Virus record (IMG/VR): IMGVR_UViG_3300030102_003297
Coordinates: 1 to 32,944 of that record
Strand: one strand, 5' to 3'
DNA from: a virus
Lineage: Duplodnaviria; Caudoviricetes
DNA: 32,944 bases
The notes under the pieces were generated by a model. That model had not been told where the DNA came from. It searched no databases and saw only the letters and a program-made list of their open reading frames with translations. The number at the start of each line of letters is the position of its first letter. Position 1 is the stretch's first letter. The position numbers and the translations under genes were made by a program. This document shows, in pieces, positions 8,431 to 17,852 of this stretch.

Positions 8431-8461
8431 AAGGGTGGTTGTGAGACTGCCCTTTTTTTTT
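8431..8461 (+). terminator. Rho-independent terminator
   Basis: AAGGGTGGT-tgtgag-ACTGCCCTT stem (two G-U pairs) running into a T9 tract. Confidence 0.85.
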
Positions 8462-8492
8462 ATAAATTAGTAAATAAAATTGTTATATAATT
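8462..8492 (+). promoter_or_regulatory. Putative late promoter (YAAA-N14/15-TGTTATATAATT-ATG)
   Basis: The same motif lies directly before the ATGs at 8493, 16081, 17853 and 20445. Confidence 0.7.
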
Positions 8493-9146
8493 ATGAGAAT
8501 TAAAATCAATATACCAGACAGCTTACACGATATAACGCTTGGTCAGTATCAAGATTATTTAGAGGCACAAGAAAAAATTGATGATGATTATCAGTTGGGG
8601 TCAAGAATGATAGAAATATTTTGTAGGATCCCTGTACAAGATGTTTTTCAATTTCGTATGAGCCATATTACTAATATTCAAAAAACACTTATAAAAATAT
8701 TTGAGCATAAAACTGAGAGCTTAATAAACAGATTTGAAGTACACGACATAGAGTTTGGTTTTATACCCAGCCTTGATGAAATGACTTTTGGTGAGTATGT
8801 TGATATAGATACCTACATTAAAGATTGGAAGCAAATGCATAAAGCAATGGCTGTTTTATATAGACCAATAGAAACAAAGTATAATGATAGATATAGCATA
8901 GTAGCTTATGATGGTAAAGAAACTGACATAATGAAAGATATGCCTTTATCAGTTTGCTTTTCATCAATTGTTTTTTTTTACAATTTAGGAATCGAGTTAT
9001 CACAAATTATGATGGGCTATATGGATCAAATGAGTCCGACACAAAAACAGCAGTTGGAGGCTTTGGAGCTAAGTGGGGGTGGTATCAGTCAATTTTCGCA
9101 CTCGCTAAGGGTGATGTTAGAAGATTTGAAAATATCACTAGATTAA
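8493..9146 (+). CDS. Putative tail assembly chaperone (gpG-like), zero-frame product
   Basis: Heads the tail gene block; contains a T9 slippery run (8971-8979) leading into an overlapping -1 ORF. Confidence 0.6.
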   Translation: MRIKINIPDSLHDITLGQYQDYLEAQEKIDDDYQLGSRMIEIFCRIPVQDVFQFRMSHITNIQKTLIKIFEHKTESLINRFEVHDIEFGFIPSLDEMTFGEYVDIDTYIKDWKQMHKAMAVLYRPIETKYNDRYSIVAYDGKETDIMKDMPLSVCFSSIVFFYNLGIELSQIMMGYMDQMSPTQKQQLEALELSGGGISQFSHSLRVMLEDLKISLD

Positions 9147-9229
9147 ATATGCACCAATGCTTGATGGCGTTAGAATTTATAAAAGAAAAAAACGACTTAG
9201 AAATGAAACAAATAAAAAATAAAAGATGA
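8978..9229 (+). CDS. -1 frameshift extension (gpGT-like) of the preceding gene; fused product ~245 aa
   Basis: GTT TTT TTT TAC re-read at -1 gives TTT TTT TTA CAA, then LQFRNRVITNYDGLYG...KWGWYQSIFALAKGD; its stop overlaps the next gene's ATG (ATGA 9226-9229). Confidence 0.7.
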   Translation, partial: LQFRNRVITNYDGLYGSNESDTKTAVGGFGAKWGWYQSIFALAKGDVRRFENITRLNMHQCLMALEFIKEKNDLEMKQIKNKR

Positions 9230-9690
9230 GTGGAGCAAGAGGTTTTTACTTATTAACTGAAACAATAAAAACAAGCTTATTATCTGACGAAAATGTAAAC
9301 ACAGTTACAACAGGTGATATAACTAAAATAGATTTATCAAAACAAACTATATACCCATTGAGTCATATAATAATAAACAACGTATCACAAGAAAATCAAA
9401 TATTAAGATTTAATATTAGTGTATTTTGTATGGATATTGTTGATGTAAGCAAAGAAGAAACTACTGATATATTTAGAGGTAATACAAACGAACACGATGT
9501 TTTAAATACACAACTTGCAGTGGCTAATAAATTAATTGAAACGCTGAGGGGTGGTGATTTATACACAACAAAATATCAGCTTGATGGAACAGTTTCGTGT
9601 GAGCCTTTTTATGATAGATTTGAAAATGAAGTTGCTGGCTGGGTGGCAACAATGGATATTTTGATACCAAATGATATAAATATTTGTTGA
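9226..9690 (+). CDS. Putative tail terminator/completion protein
   Basis: Size and position; YPLSHIII, beta-rich, ends in EPFYDRFENEVAGW. Confidence 0.55.
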   Translation: MSGARGFYLLTETIKTSLLSDENVNTVTTGDITKIDLSKQTIYPLSHIIINNVSQENQILRFNISVFCMDIVDVSKEETTDIFRGNTNEHDVLNTQLAVANKLIETLRGGDLYTTKYQLDGTVSCEPFYDRFENEVAGWVATMDILIPNDINIC

Positions 9691-10235
9691 TGGAATTAAA
9701 TAAATTAAATGATATAATGCGTCAGTTTGTTCGACAAGTAGTTGTTGAAGCAAGGTCTAATGTGCCTTTTAAAAAAACAAGTGGCAAACTAAAAAATAGC
9801 ATAAATGGTGATTATATCCCAGAAACACAAACTGCCTTTTTTACAATGCTTGAATATGGTAAATATCAAGATCTTGGTGTTAAAGGAACACAGAGTGGGG
9901 AAAGTGTAGGTAAAAAATACTATGGCTCACAAGCAAGGGAATACAAATACACAAACAATATGCCCCCACCAAGCGCATTAGATTCTTTTGTAGTGCGTAA
10001 AGGTTTTGCCCCAAGAGATTCAAGGGGTAGATTTTTGCCAAGAGCAGTAAACAAAGTGGGCTTTCAAAAATCAATAGCATTTTTAATTGCTAGGTCAATA
10101 TTCGGCAAAGGTATAAAGCCATCTTTATTTTTCACTAAACCATTTATAAAATATTATAAAGATCTTCCAAATAAAGTAGCCCAAGCATTCGGAGATGATT
10201 TTGAAATAGAATTAACTAAAACACTAAACCCATAA
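9684..10235 (+). CDS. Putative neck/tail completion protein (HK97 gp10-like)
   Basis: TSGKLKNSI, YGKYQDLG and GIKPSLFF motifs; basic protein. Confidence 0.55.
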   Translation: MLMELNKLNDIMRQFVRQVVVEARSNVPFKKTSGKLKNSINGDYIPETQTAFFTMLEYGKYQDLGVKGTQSGESVGKKYYGSQAREYKYTNNMPPPSALDSFVVRKGFAPRDSRGRFLPRAVNKVGFQKSIAFLIARSIFGKGIKPSLFFTKPFIKYYKDLPNKVAQAFGDDFEIELTKTLNP

Positions 10236-11380
10236 TGGCAATACAAAAAGTAAATATAAACACGCCCATATATATTAAAGTGGCAAATGCTAACTTAAAT
10301 AATTGTCAATTAACTATTGCAATATATACTGGCGCATTTCAAACCTCACCAACAACAACATATACACTACGTAAGAACGAGGTGGCTAATAACAACTATG
10401 TAATCTTTGAAATAGGTGAACTGATTAAAGATTATATTTCATATGACTTTGATGGTACGTTTGGTGATAATGGTGTTAATTTATGGGTGCAAACAACAGC
10501 AACACCTTTTAATAGCAGCAATACAGCACTAGATGCAATCACTACAATTATGATGGCGTTTGATGGGTATGGGTATTTTGAAGAAGGGTTTACAACAGTA
10601 TCAACAACCAATAGTGCAACAACACAGACACTAAATGCTTCAAAGGGTGCTGGTTTTTTATTAATGTCAAACTCTAAAATTATTAGAAAAAATGGTGAGC
10701 TTCTTAAAATACCAGTTGTTACTAATTTAAGTGTTAATTCTGGATCAGACACTTACACAGGTGCAACCACCGTTACATTTAAAAATGGATCATCAACTGT
10801 TTCAAGTGTTACAATTTCAACTGGTGTTACAAATACCTCTAGTATGATTGAATATGCAACAAGCACAAGTGCAACAATAACTTCTGTCGAGGTGGCAAGT
10901 TCATTAAAAGTATCAACGCTAGAAGTAATAGAAGATACTTGTAAAAAGTTTGATAATGTTGAGGTTTATTTTATAAATAAAGGTGGTGCAATTCAAAGGG
11001 CAAACTTCTTTTTAAAATCAACACAAACATTAAATGTCACTAAGGATATATTTAAAAGCAATACATTAACAACAGCAGCCAATTATTCAAAAAACAATCA
11101 TCAATATAAAACGCTAAACATAAACAGCAGACAATCACTGACAATTAATAGTGGATATGTTCCTGATGACTTTAATTTGTTAATTGAAGAAATTTATGTT
11201 TCTCCAAGGGTTTGGATAAATGGTGCAGCAATTGGTGGTGATACAAACACCAGGCCACAATATTATCCTGTAATTGTGGAAAGCAAAAGCGTTACATTTC
11301 AAACAAGCCTAAACAACAGACTTGCTAACTATCAGCTGGAATTGATATATGCTTACGATAGAATAAATACGATTAGATAA
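10235..11380 (+). CDS. Virion structural protein, probable distal tail component
   Basis: Ser/Thr/beta-rich, C-terminal LTINSGYV...SPRVWI, lies in the tail block. Confidence 0.55.
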   Translation: MAIQKVNINTPIYIKVANANLNNCQLTIAIYTGAFQTSPTTTYTLRKNEVANNNYVIFEIGELIKDYISYDFDGTFGDNGVNLWVQTTATPFNSSNTALDAITTIMMAFDGYGYFEEGFTTVSTTNSATTQTLNASKGAGFLLMSNSKIIRKNGELLKIPVVTNLSVNSGSDTYTGATTVTFKNGSSTVSSVTISTGVTNTSSMIEYATSTSATITSVEVASSLKVSTLEVIEDTCKKFDNVEVYFINKGGAIQRANFFLKSTQTLNVTKDIFKSNTLTTAANYSKNNHQYKTLNINSRQSLTINSGYVPDDFNLLIEEIYVSPRVWINGAAIGGDTNTRPQYYPVIVESKSVTFQTSLNNRLANYQLELIYAYDRINTIR

Positions 11381-13965
11381 TGAATAAGGTAGGGTTAGCT
11401 ATACCAGATATAATATTAGATGCACCACAGCCAGATCCTGACTTATGGCAAAATGAAAACACGTTATGGCAAAGTGCAACAAGGGTATGGAATGTAAACA
11501 ATTTAATTACTGACATAGATTATCAAAGGCTTGATTTGTTTGAAGATGAGCAAATAAAACTTACACAAACAATACAGGATATAAAAGACATAGAAAAAGT
11601 TTTTACTGATTTTAGCCAAAGCTTTAGTTTACCAGCATCAAAAATAAATAACAAATTATTTAGGCATTATTACAGAACTGACATACAACTGACCACTCCT
11701 AGCGATGAAGTATTTAATGCAAACACAAAATTAACAGCAAGGCTGGAATTAAATTACAGACCATTCAGACAAGGGTACATAGTATTAAATCAAGTAAAAT
11801 TAAAAAACAATCAACCTAGTTCTTACAACATTACCTTTTTCGGTGAAACAATTACTTTAAAAGATAGATTAAAAGATAGAAAATTAAGTAGCTTAAATTT
11901 TAGTCAATTCAATCATAATTATAATGTGGCAACAGTTAAAGAGGGTTTGGAAACTTTTGTTACAACATTAGGTGGCAATACAACATCAACTGCACATATC
12001 ATATACCCTTTGATATCACATACACAGAGATTTATATACGATAGTACCGCACAAGGTGTTTTAACAACACAATCAAGATCAGATGCAACACGAAACCTTT
12101 ACGCACCATCAAGTGGTGCAAGTCAAAGTACAAGTGGTAGTGGTGATACAGAAAGATTAGGAACAACCAAAGGCCTACAATTTAACGATTTAAAACCAGC
12201 CATAAGGGTTATTGATATTTTAAATGCAATTGAAAATGATGCAGACATTAATCTACAATTTACAGATGATTTTTTTATAACAACAGGCTATTTTGGTGAT
12301 TTGTATATGTGGCTTCATAGAAACAAAGGTGATATAGGCATTACACCAACAGGATCAAGTGATGTTAGCACAATATTAGTTGATACGATAGAGAGTTTTA
12401 CAGGTGATACAACTCAATTTTTTGATGACAATGGTGCTGCAAACTTTGTACCTACTTTTGTGGGGGGTGTTTTTACTTTTAGAGTAGCACAATCTGGCCC
12501 AGTAGAAGATTTAGATACTGAAGAAATGAGTGTTAGCTGGACAATAACTTCCAGTGATACTAGCAAAAACTTTACTGCAAGAATAAAAGATTTTACAACT
12601 GGTGAGCCTATTGTTTTTCAAGAATATGGAAACACAAACCCACTTACAATAAGTGCTGGTTTTTCTGCACCAAATGTAGATGGTGCATTAGAAGAAAATA
12701 AAATAGTATTTGAAATTGAAACAACAGAAACTTCTTTGCCATTGACATTTACTATGACTTTTACAAAAACACTAACAAACACTGATATAACTGGTCAGCC
12801 AGAAGTTTTAAGTTTTGCCGTTTCACCAAGTTCAATTAGCCCATCATCTTTAGTAGATACAATAATAGTGTCAGAACAAATACCAGATATAACTATTGTT
12901 AATTTTTTAACAGGTTTGTTTAAAATGTTTAATTTAACTGCCTTTATTGAAAGTGATGTTAGTAGTAGTGACTATGGTAAGGTGCGAGTAAGAACGCTTG
13001 ATAGTTTTTATTCAAGTGGTACAAGTAGAAACATAACAGAGTTTGTAGACACAAGCCAAGGTGAAAGTGGTTTTAGTGTGCCTTTCAATGATATTGAATT
13101 TAAGTTTGAAGAGCCGAAAACTTTTGCAGCATTTTTCTTTGATAAAATAAATGGTAGAGAATATGCAAGTGCAAAAGCATCAACAACACAAAATAGTGGG
13201 CGTGATCCAAGATTGAATAGGGGGCAAGATTATAGGATTAAACTACCTTTTGAAAAAATGTTTTTTGAAAGATTAATTAATGTAAACAACAATGCAAATA
13301 CAGGCATAGGGTTTGGTTACTTTGTAGATAACGATCAAAACCCAACAATAGCAAAACCATTATTATTTTTACGTGAAACAACCTCATCAGAAAGAATACA
13401 AATTTTTGATGGTGGTGGGGCTGGTACACCAGCAAGCATTCAATCTTATAATAGGCCAACTAATTTTAGACCAGGTACAGAAACAAGAGTTATTTCAGTA
13501 AGTGCTTCTGAATCAAGTAACTACACATTTGAATTTATCAATGGGACAACATTCGAAACCACAACAGGATCGGTTGCCCCAGGTGCTGGTACTACAATTA
13601 CACCAGTGGTTACAGGTAGTTTTATTGAAACTTCAACGCCAGCAAGTGCTTCAAATATTACCATAAGCACCACAATACTTACAACAGGTCAAACAATAAA
13701 CTTTAGCACAGAGATAAATACATTTAACAACTCAATAGATGCCAATACATTATTTAGCTCTTTTTATAAAACATACATTAATGATGTCTTTAGTAGTAGT
13801 AGGCGACTTGTAAAAGTTAATGCTATTTTGCCACAAAGTTTCTTATTGAATTATAAATTAGCCGATACAATTGTTATAAATGATATAGAGTATTTAATTA
13901 ATAAAATATCTACAAATTTACAAACAGGGAAAAGCACTTTAGAATTATTAAATAAAGTTAGTTAA
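11380..13965 (+). CDS. Tail tip/baseplate hub-like protein
   Basis: 861 aa; RLDLFEDEQIKLTQTIQDIKDIEKVFTDFSQSFSLPASKINN near the N-terminus, YLINKISTNLQTGKSTLELLN at the C-terminus; precedes the tape measure gene. Confidence 0.65.
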   Translation: MNKVGLAIPDIILDAPQPDPDLWQNENTLWQSATRVWNVNNLITDIDYQRLDLFEDEQIKLTQTIQDIKDIEKVFTDFSQSFSLPASKINNKLFRHYYRTDIQLTTPSDEVFNANTKLTARLELNYRPFRQGYIVLNQVKLKNNQPSSYNITFFGETITLKDRLKDRKLSSLNFSQFNHNYNVATVKEGLETFVTTLGGNTTSTAHIIYPLISHTQRFIYDSTAQGVLTTQSRSDATRNLYAPSSGASQSTSGSGDTERLGTTKGLQFNDLKPAIRVIDILNAIENDADINLQFTDDFFITTGYFGDLYMWLHRNKGDIGITPTGSSDVSTILVDTIESFTGDTTQFFDDNGAANFVPTFVGGVFTFRVAQSGPVEDLDTEEMSVSWTITSSDTSKNFTARIKDFTTGEPIVFQEYGNTNPLTISAGFSAPNVDGALEENKIVFEIETTETSLPLTFTMTFTKTLTNTDITGQPEVLSFAVSPSSISPSSLVDTIIVSEQIPDITIVNFLTGLFKMFNLTAFIESDVSSSDYGKVRVRTLDSFYSSGTSRNITEFVDTSQGESGFSVPFNDIEFKFEEPKTFAAFFFDKINGREYASAKASTTQNSGRDPRLNRGQDYRIKLPFEKMFFERLINVNNNANTGIGFGYFVDNDQNPTIAKPLLFLRETTSSERIQIFDGGGAGTPASIQSYNRPTNFRPGTETRVISVSASESSNYTFEFINGTTFETTTGSVAPGAGTTITPVVTGSFIETSTPASASNITISTTILTTGQTINFSTEINTFNNSIDANTLFSSFYKTYINDVFSSSRRLVKVNAILPQSFLLNYKLADTIVINDIEYLINKISTNLQTGKSTLELLNKVS

Positions 13966-13966
13966 T

Positions 13967-14110
13967 ATGATAGATAATATAATACAATTATTAGAGTACG
14001 CAAAAGGAGAAACTGAAAATATAAAAATTGCACAAGGAAAATACAGGCTACCAAATAATTTAAAAGAGGGTTACAGACAATTAAAAAAAGAAGTTAGATG
14101 GAAAAAGTAA
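13967..14110 (+). CDS. Small hypothetical protein (47 aa, MIDNIIQLLEYAKGETENIKIAQGKYRLP...), not in the ORF track
   Basis: Fills the gap between the tail tip and tape measure genes. Confidence 0.7.
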   Translation: MIDNIIQLLEYAKGETENIKIAQGKYRLPNNLKEGYRQLKKEVRWKK

Positions 14111-16047
14111 TTGATGTAAAAGTAAACATACAACAAGCTAAAAAAAACTTTGATGAGGTAAACGAGAGCATAAAATTACAAGAAAAGTTTGTATCAGATT
14201 TAAAACTGAAAATAGCCGAGCTTGAGTTTGAAATGTCAAATATGAATGGCACTCAGCAAATGATGGCAGATCAAACATTAAAAAAATTTAACGCTGAATT
14301 AAAGGTAGAAACAGCTTCACTAAGAGCATTAAAGGTAGAAGCCCAACAATACAACAAAGTATTAAAATCACAAAATAAAACAACTGGCGTTGGTAGGGTA
14401 AAAGCACTTGAATTTAATGAAACACTTTTAAAAAATAGAGACATACAAGCTGGACTAAACACAATAACTGGTGGTGTTTCTGGTCAGCTCGTAAAGTTTG
14501 CTAAACTATTTGTATCAGCAGGCAAGGGAATAAGAGCAGCAAGTTTGTCTTTAAATTTATTTAAAAAAGCATTAATTGCGACTGGTATCGGTGCGTTGGT
14601 AGTTTTGGTTGGTACACTTGCAGCAAACTGGGATAAAGTTGTAGCTGCATTAAATGGCGTAACAAGAGAGCAAAAAAAACAGCTAGAAGATTTAACAGAG
14701 TTAGTTGCATTAGAGAAAGAACGTTTTCAAGACATTACCTCAACTGAAGAATCATTAAAAAGATCTGGAAAAACCGAAAGGGAGATTTTAAATTTAAAAA
14801 TACAGCAAACAAACGAAACAATTGCCGCATTAGAAGCACAACTAGAAACTCAAAAGCAAGTAAAAAAATCACAAGTAGAAGCAGCAGAAAGAAATAAACT
14901 TATCGTTCAAGGTATTATAGGTTTTGTCTTTATGGGTGTAAGTTTAGTTCTCGCTGCTATCGATGGTATTACAGCAGGATTAGCAGCTCTTGGTGTATTG
15001 GACGAGGGTACAAGTTTATTAGATGATGTTACTGGTTATGTTGCTGAATTTTTATTTGATCCTGAAGAAGTAGCTGAAGAGGGTGATGCAACAATTAAAG
15101 AAACTGAAAAGCAATTGCAAGAATTAAAAAACAGGCGTGATGGCTTTTTAAATAAAATTGACAAAGAAGATCAAGAGAGGGCTGATAAGAAAAAGGCAGA
15201 AACTGATAAAGCAAATCAAGAAGCATTAGATAATGAAGAAATAAGGTTACAAGCCATAGCAGACTTACAAGCAAGGTATAGAAAATTAAATCAAGATGCC
15301 GAGGATAAAAGCTTTGAAGAAAAAGCACAAAGGCAAAAAGAAAGGGCATTAGCAGAATTAGAGCAATTGAATGCAACAGAACAGCAAAAGGCAGATGCTA
15401 TTTTGTATTTTGATAATTTAATTAAAGAAGCTAAAATAAAAGACGCACAAGCAATAACTAATGCAATCGAGCAACAAGAAGCTACAAGAACAGCATTAAA
15501 ATTACAGGCATTAGATAGTGCAATATCAATTGCAAATGAAGAAAGTGCAGTGGGCAGGGCGTTGATTGTAGCTAAACAAATATTACTTGCAAAAGAAGCC
15601 ATAATTAATTTTAAAAAGAATTTAATAAATGCGACAAGTGCTATGACTGGCGTTACATTAACTGCAAGTGAAGCAAGTGTACAAACTACGGCATCAATAG
15701 CAAAGGCTGCAAACGTTGCACCACCACCATTAAATTTACCATTTATAGCAACAGCATTAGCAACGGCAGCAAGTGTAATATCGGCAGTAAAAGGGGCAGT
15801 AGATGCAACAAAAAGCGCAGCAAGTGCAGCAGGAGCAGGTGGGGGTACAAGTGCTAGATTAGATACACCTCAAATATCAACACAAGCACCAGCATTTAAT
15901 ATAGTAGGTGCATCGCCAGAAAATCAATTAGCACAAACAATAGCAGATCAAACACAACAACCAATACAAGCTTTTGTAGTGGCTAATGATGTGACAACTG
16001 CACAAGGGCTAGAAAGAAATATAATACAAGAAAGCAGCTTAGGATAA
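14098..16047 (+). CDS. Tail tape measure protein
   Basis: 649 aa, helical/coiled-coil, Ala-rich, with hydrophobic stretches (ALIATGIGALVVLVG; GIIGFVFMGVSLVLAAI). Confidence 0.8.
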   Translation: MEKVIDVKVNIQQAKKNFDEVNESIKLQEKFVSDLKLKIAELEFEMSNMNGTQQMMADQTLKKFNAELKVETASLRALKVEAQQYNKVLKSQNKTTGVGRVKALEFNETLLKNRDIQAGLNTITGGVSGQLVKFAKLFVSAGKGIRAASLSLNLFKKALIATGIGALVVLVGTLAANWDKVVAALNGVTREQKKQLEDLTELVALEKERFQDITSTEESLKRSGKTEREILNLKIQQTNETIAALEAQLETQKQVKKSQVEAAERNKLIVQGIIGFVFMGVSLVLAAIDGITAGLAALGVLDEGTSLLDDVTGYVAEFLFDPEEVAEEGDATIKETEKQLQELKNRRDGFLNKIDKEDQERADKKKAETDKANQEALDNEEIRLQAIADLQARYRKLNQDAEDKSFEEKAQRQKERALAELEQLNATEQQKADAILYFDNLIKEAKIKDAQAITNAIEQQEATRTALKLQALDSAISIANEESAVGRALIVAKQILLAKEAIINFKKNLINATSAMTGVTLTASEASVQTTASIAKAANVAPPPLNLPFIATALATAASVISAVKGAVDATKSAASAAGAGGGTSARLDTPQISTQAPAFNIVGASPENQLAQTIADQTQQPIQAFVVANDVTTAQGLERNIIQESSLG

Positions 16048-16048
16048 A

Positions 16049-16080
16049 GCAAAACAAAATAATAAAAATGTTATATAATT
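16049..16080 (+). promoter_or_regulatory. Putative late promoter
   Basis: CAAA-N15-TGTTATATAATT directly before ATG 16081. Confidence 0.7.
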
Positions 16081-17664
16081 ATGAAAATAGTAGAATTAAT
16101 ACTTGACGAGAACGAAGAACTATCTGGTGTTGATGCAATATCAGTAGTAGAAAACCCAGCAATAGAAGAAGATTTTGTTGCACTAAAGGCACAAGAGCTA
16201 AAATTAGCAGAAGTAGATAAAGAAAAAAAGATATTGCTAGGTGCTTTGCTTATACCAAACAAGCCAATATTCAGAAAAGGTGCAGAGGAAGATTACTATA
16301 TATATTTTTCAAAAGATACTGTAAAAAAAATTAGCGAAAACTTTCTACAAAAAGGCAACCAAAACAAAACAACATTAGAACACCAGCAATCTTTGAAAGG
16401 ATTGACGCTTGTTGAAAGCTGGATAGTTGAAGATGAAAAATACGACAAATCAAGAAAGTACAATATGGAAGTGCCTGTTGGAACTTGGATGGGAGCAGTA
16501 AAAGTAAACAACAATCAAGTATGGGAAGAGTTTGTAAAAACAGGCAGAGTAAAGGGTTTTAGTGTTGAGGGTTATTTTGCTGATAAAATGGATAGGCCAA
16601 AAGATGCAGGTGTAAAAGATCTATCTAAACACGAAACTGATGATATTATAGATGCTATTAAAGAATTATTTACACACCACGTACAATTAAAAACTTTTAA
16701 TGATTATCCACAAAGCGTAGTAAATAATGCAAAGCGTGGCATTGAATTAAATGCAAAAGTGAATAACAAGTGTGCGACATTGGTTGGCAAAAATCGTGCA
16801 AGACAATTGGCAGCTAAAGAAAAGCTATCTGTATCTACAATCAAAAGGCTGTATAGTTATTTAAGTAGAGCAGAAACGTATTACGATCCAAAAGATAATG
16901 AAGCGTGTGGTACAATATCCTTTTTATTATGGGGTGGTAAATCTGCAAAAAGCTGGGCAGAAAGCAAATTGAAAAGTTTAGGTGAATTAAAATTATATAG
17001 CGAAAAAGTAAATGATGACTTTGCTATTATAATGGATAGACTTGCGTACAGCTCAAAAGATATGGCTGAAAAAATTGCACTTGATATTGGGTGTGATGGC
17101 ATACACGAACACGATTACGAAGGACAAACTTGGTATATGCCTTGTGAAAAACACGCTATGAGTGAAGAAGAATTTAGAAAGTATAAATGTCCCGAGGGTT
17201 ATGTGAAAGACTACAAGAAACACAAGTGCGTAAAAAAAGATAAATATGCAAAGGTTGGCAAAAGGGGTGGTATTGTAAAAAGTCCAAAAGCCCCAGGTGC
17301 TGGAACAAAAAACCCTAACCCAAAAGGCAAAGGCACAGCAAGAGGCACTGCAAAAGGAAGAACTGGTGCAAAGCCAACAGCAAAAGACAGAGCAACGCTA
17401 CAAAAAAAGGCAAATGATTTTAACAAAAGATACAAAGAAAAATTAGGTTATGGTGTGACAGTCGGTGTTTTGTCAAGTGTATTTCAGAGAGGGCTAGGCG
17501 CATTCAACGTATCACACAGCCCAAGAGTAAATAACCCAAGCCAGTGGGCTTTTGCAAGAGTAAATGCCTATTTGTATCTAGTTAAAAATGGCAGACCACA
17601 AAACCCAAAATACAAACAAGACAATGACTTACTACCGAAAAAACACCCGAAAAGCACAAAGTAG
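16081..17664 (+). CDS. XkdF-like prohead serine protease with several C-terminal accessory domains
   Basis: AISVVENPAIE, GALLIPNKPIFR, LEH, VESWIVE, PVGTW and VKGFSVEG in the first ~170 aa; additional domains follow. Confidence 0.8.
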   Translation: MKIVELILDENEELSGVDAISVVENPAIEEDFVALKAQELKLAEVDKEKKILLGALLIPNKPIFRKGAEEDYYIYFSKDTVKKISENFLQKGNQNKTTLEHQQSLKGLTLVESWIVEDEKYDKSRKYNMEVPVGTWMGAVKVNNNQVWEEFVKTGRVKGFSVEGYFADKMDRPKDAGVKDLSKHETDDIIDAIKELFTHHVQLKTFNDYPQSVVNNAKRGIELNAKVNNKCATLVGKNRARQLAAKEKLSVSTIKRLYSYLSRAETYYDPKDNEACGTISFLLWGGKSAKSWAESKLKSLGELKLYSEKVNDDFAIIMDRLAYSSKDMAEKIALDIGCDGIHEHDYEGQTWYMPCEKHAMSEEEFRKYKCPEGYVKDYKKHKCVKKDKYAKVGKRGGIVKSPKAPGAGTKNPNPKGKGTARGTAKGRTGAKPTAKDRATLQKKANDFNKRYKEKLGYGVTVGVLSSVFQRGLGAFNVSHSPRVNNPSQWAFARVNAYLYLVKNGRPQNPKYKQDNDLLPKKHPKSTK

Positions 17665-17818
17665 GCGCAGAAGATCTGTATATATAGGATATAGAAATAC
17701 ATCAAGTCCAAGACCAGGAAGCAATCGTGCTTGTTTGTGTTGGGAAGAAGAAACATACCATATTGACTGTTGTGATGGTTCATTACACGCACAAGGTATA
17801 GGAAAAACAACTGCTTAA
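17623..17818 (+). CDS. Small basic Cys-rich protein (SSP...RACLC...CCDGSLHAQGIG); start uncertain
   Basis: Distinct CLC/CC motif; ends just before the next promoter motif. Confidence 0.65.
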
Positions 17819-17820
17819 AC

Positions 17821-17852
17821 GCAAATTATTAATCAATAAATGTTATAAAATT
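17821..17852 (+). promoter_or_regulatory. Putative late promoter
   Basis: CAAA-N15-TGTTATAAAATT directly before ATG 17853. Confidence 0.7.

Noticed and set aside
8954-8977. Independent TTG start for ORF 8954-9229
   Set aside because: Better explained as a -1 frameshift extension, since the open frame begins just before the T9 run.
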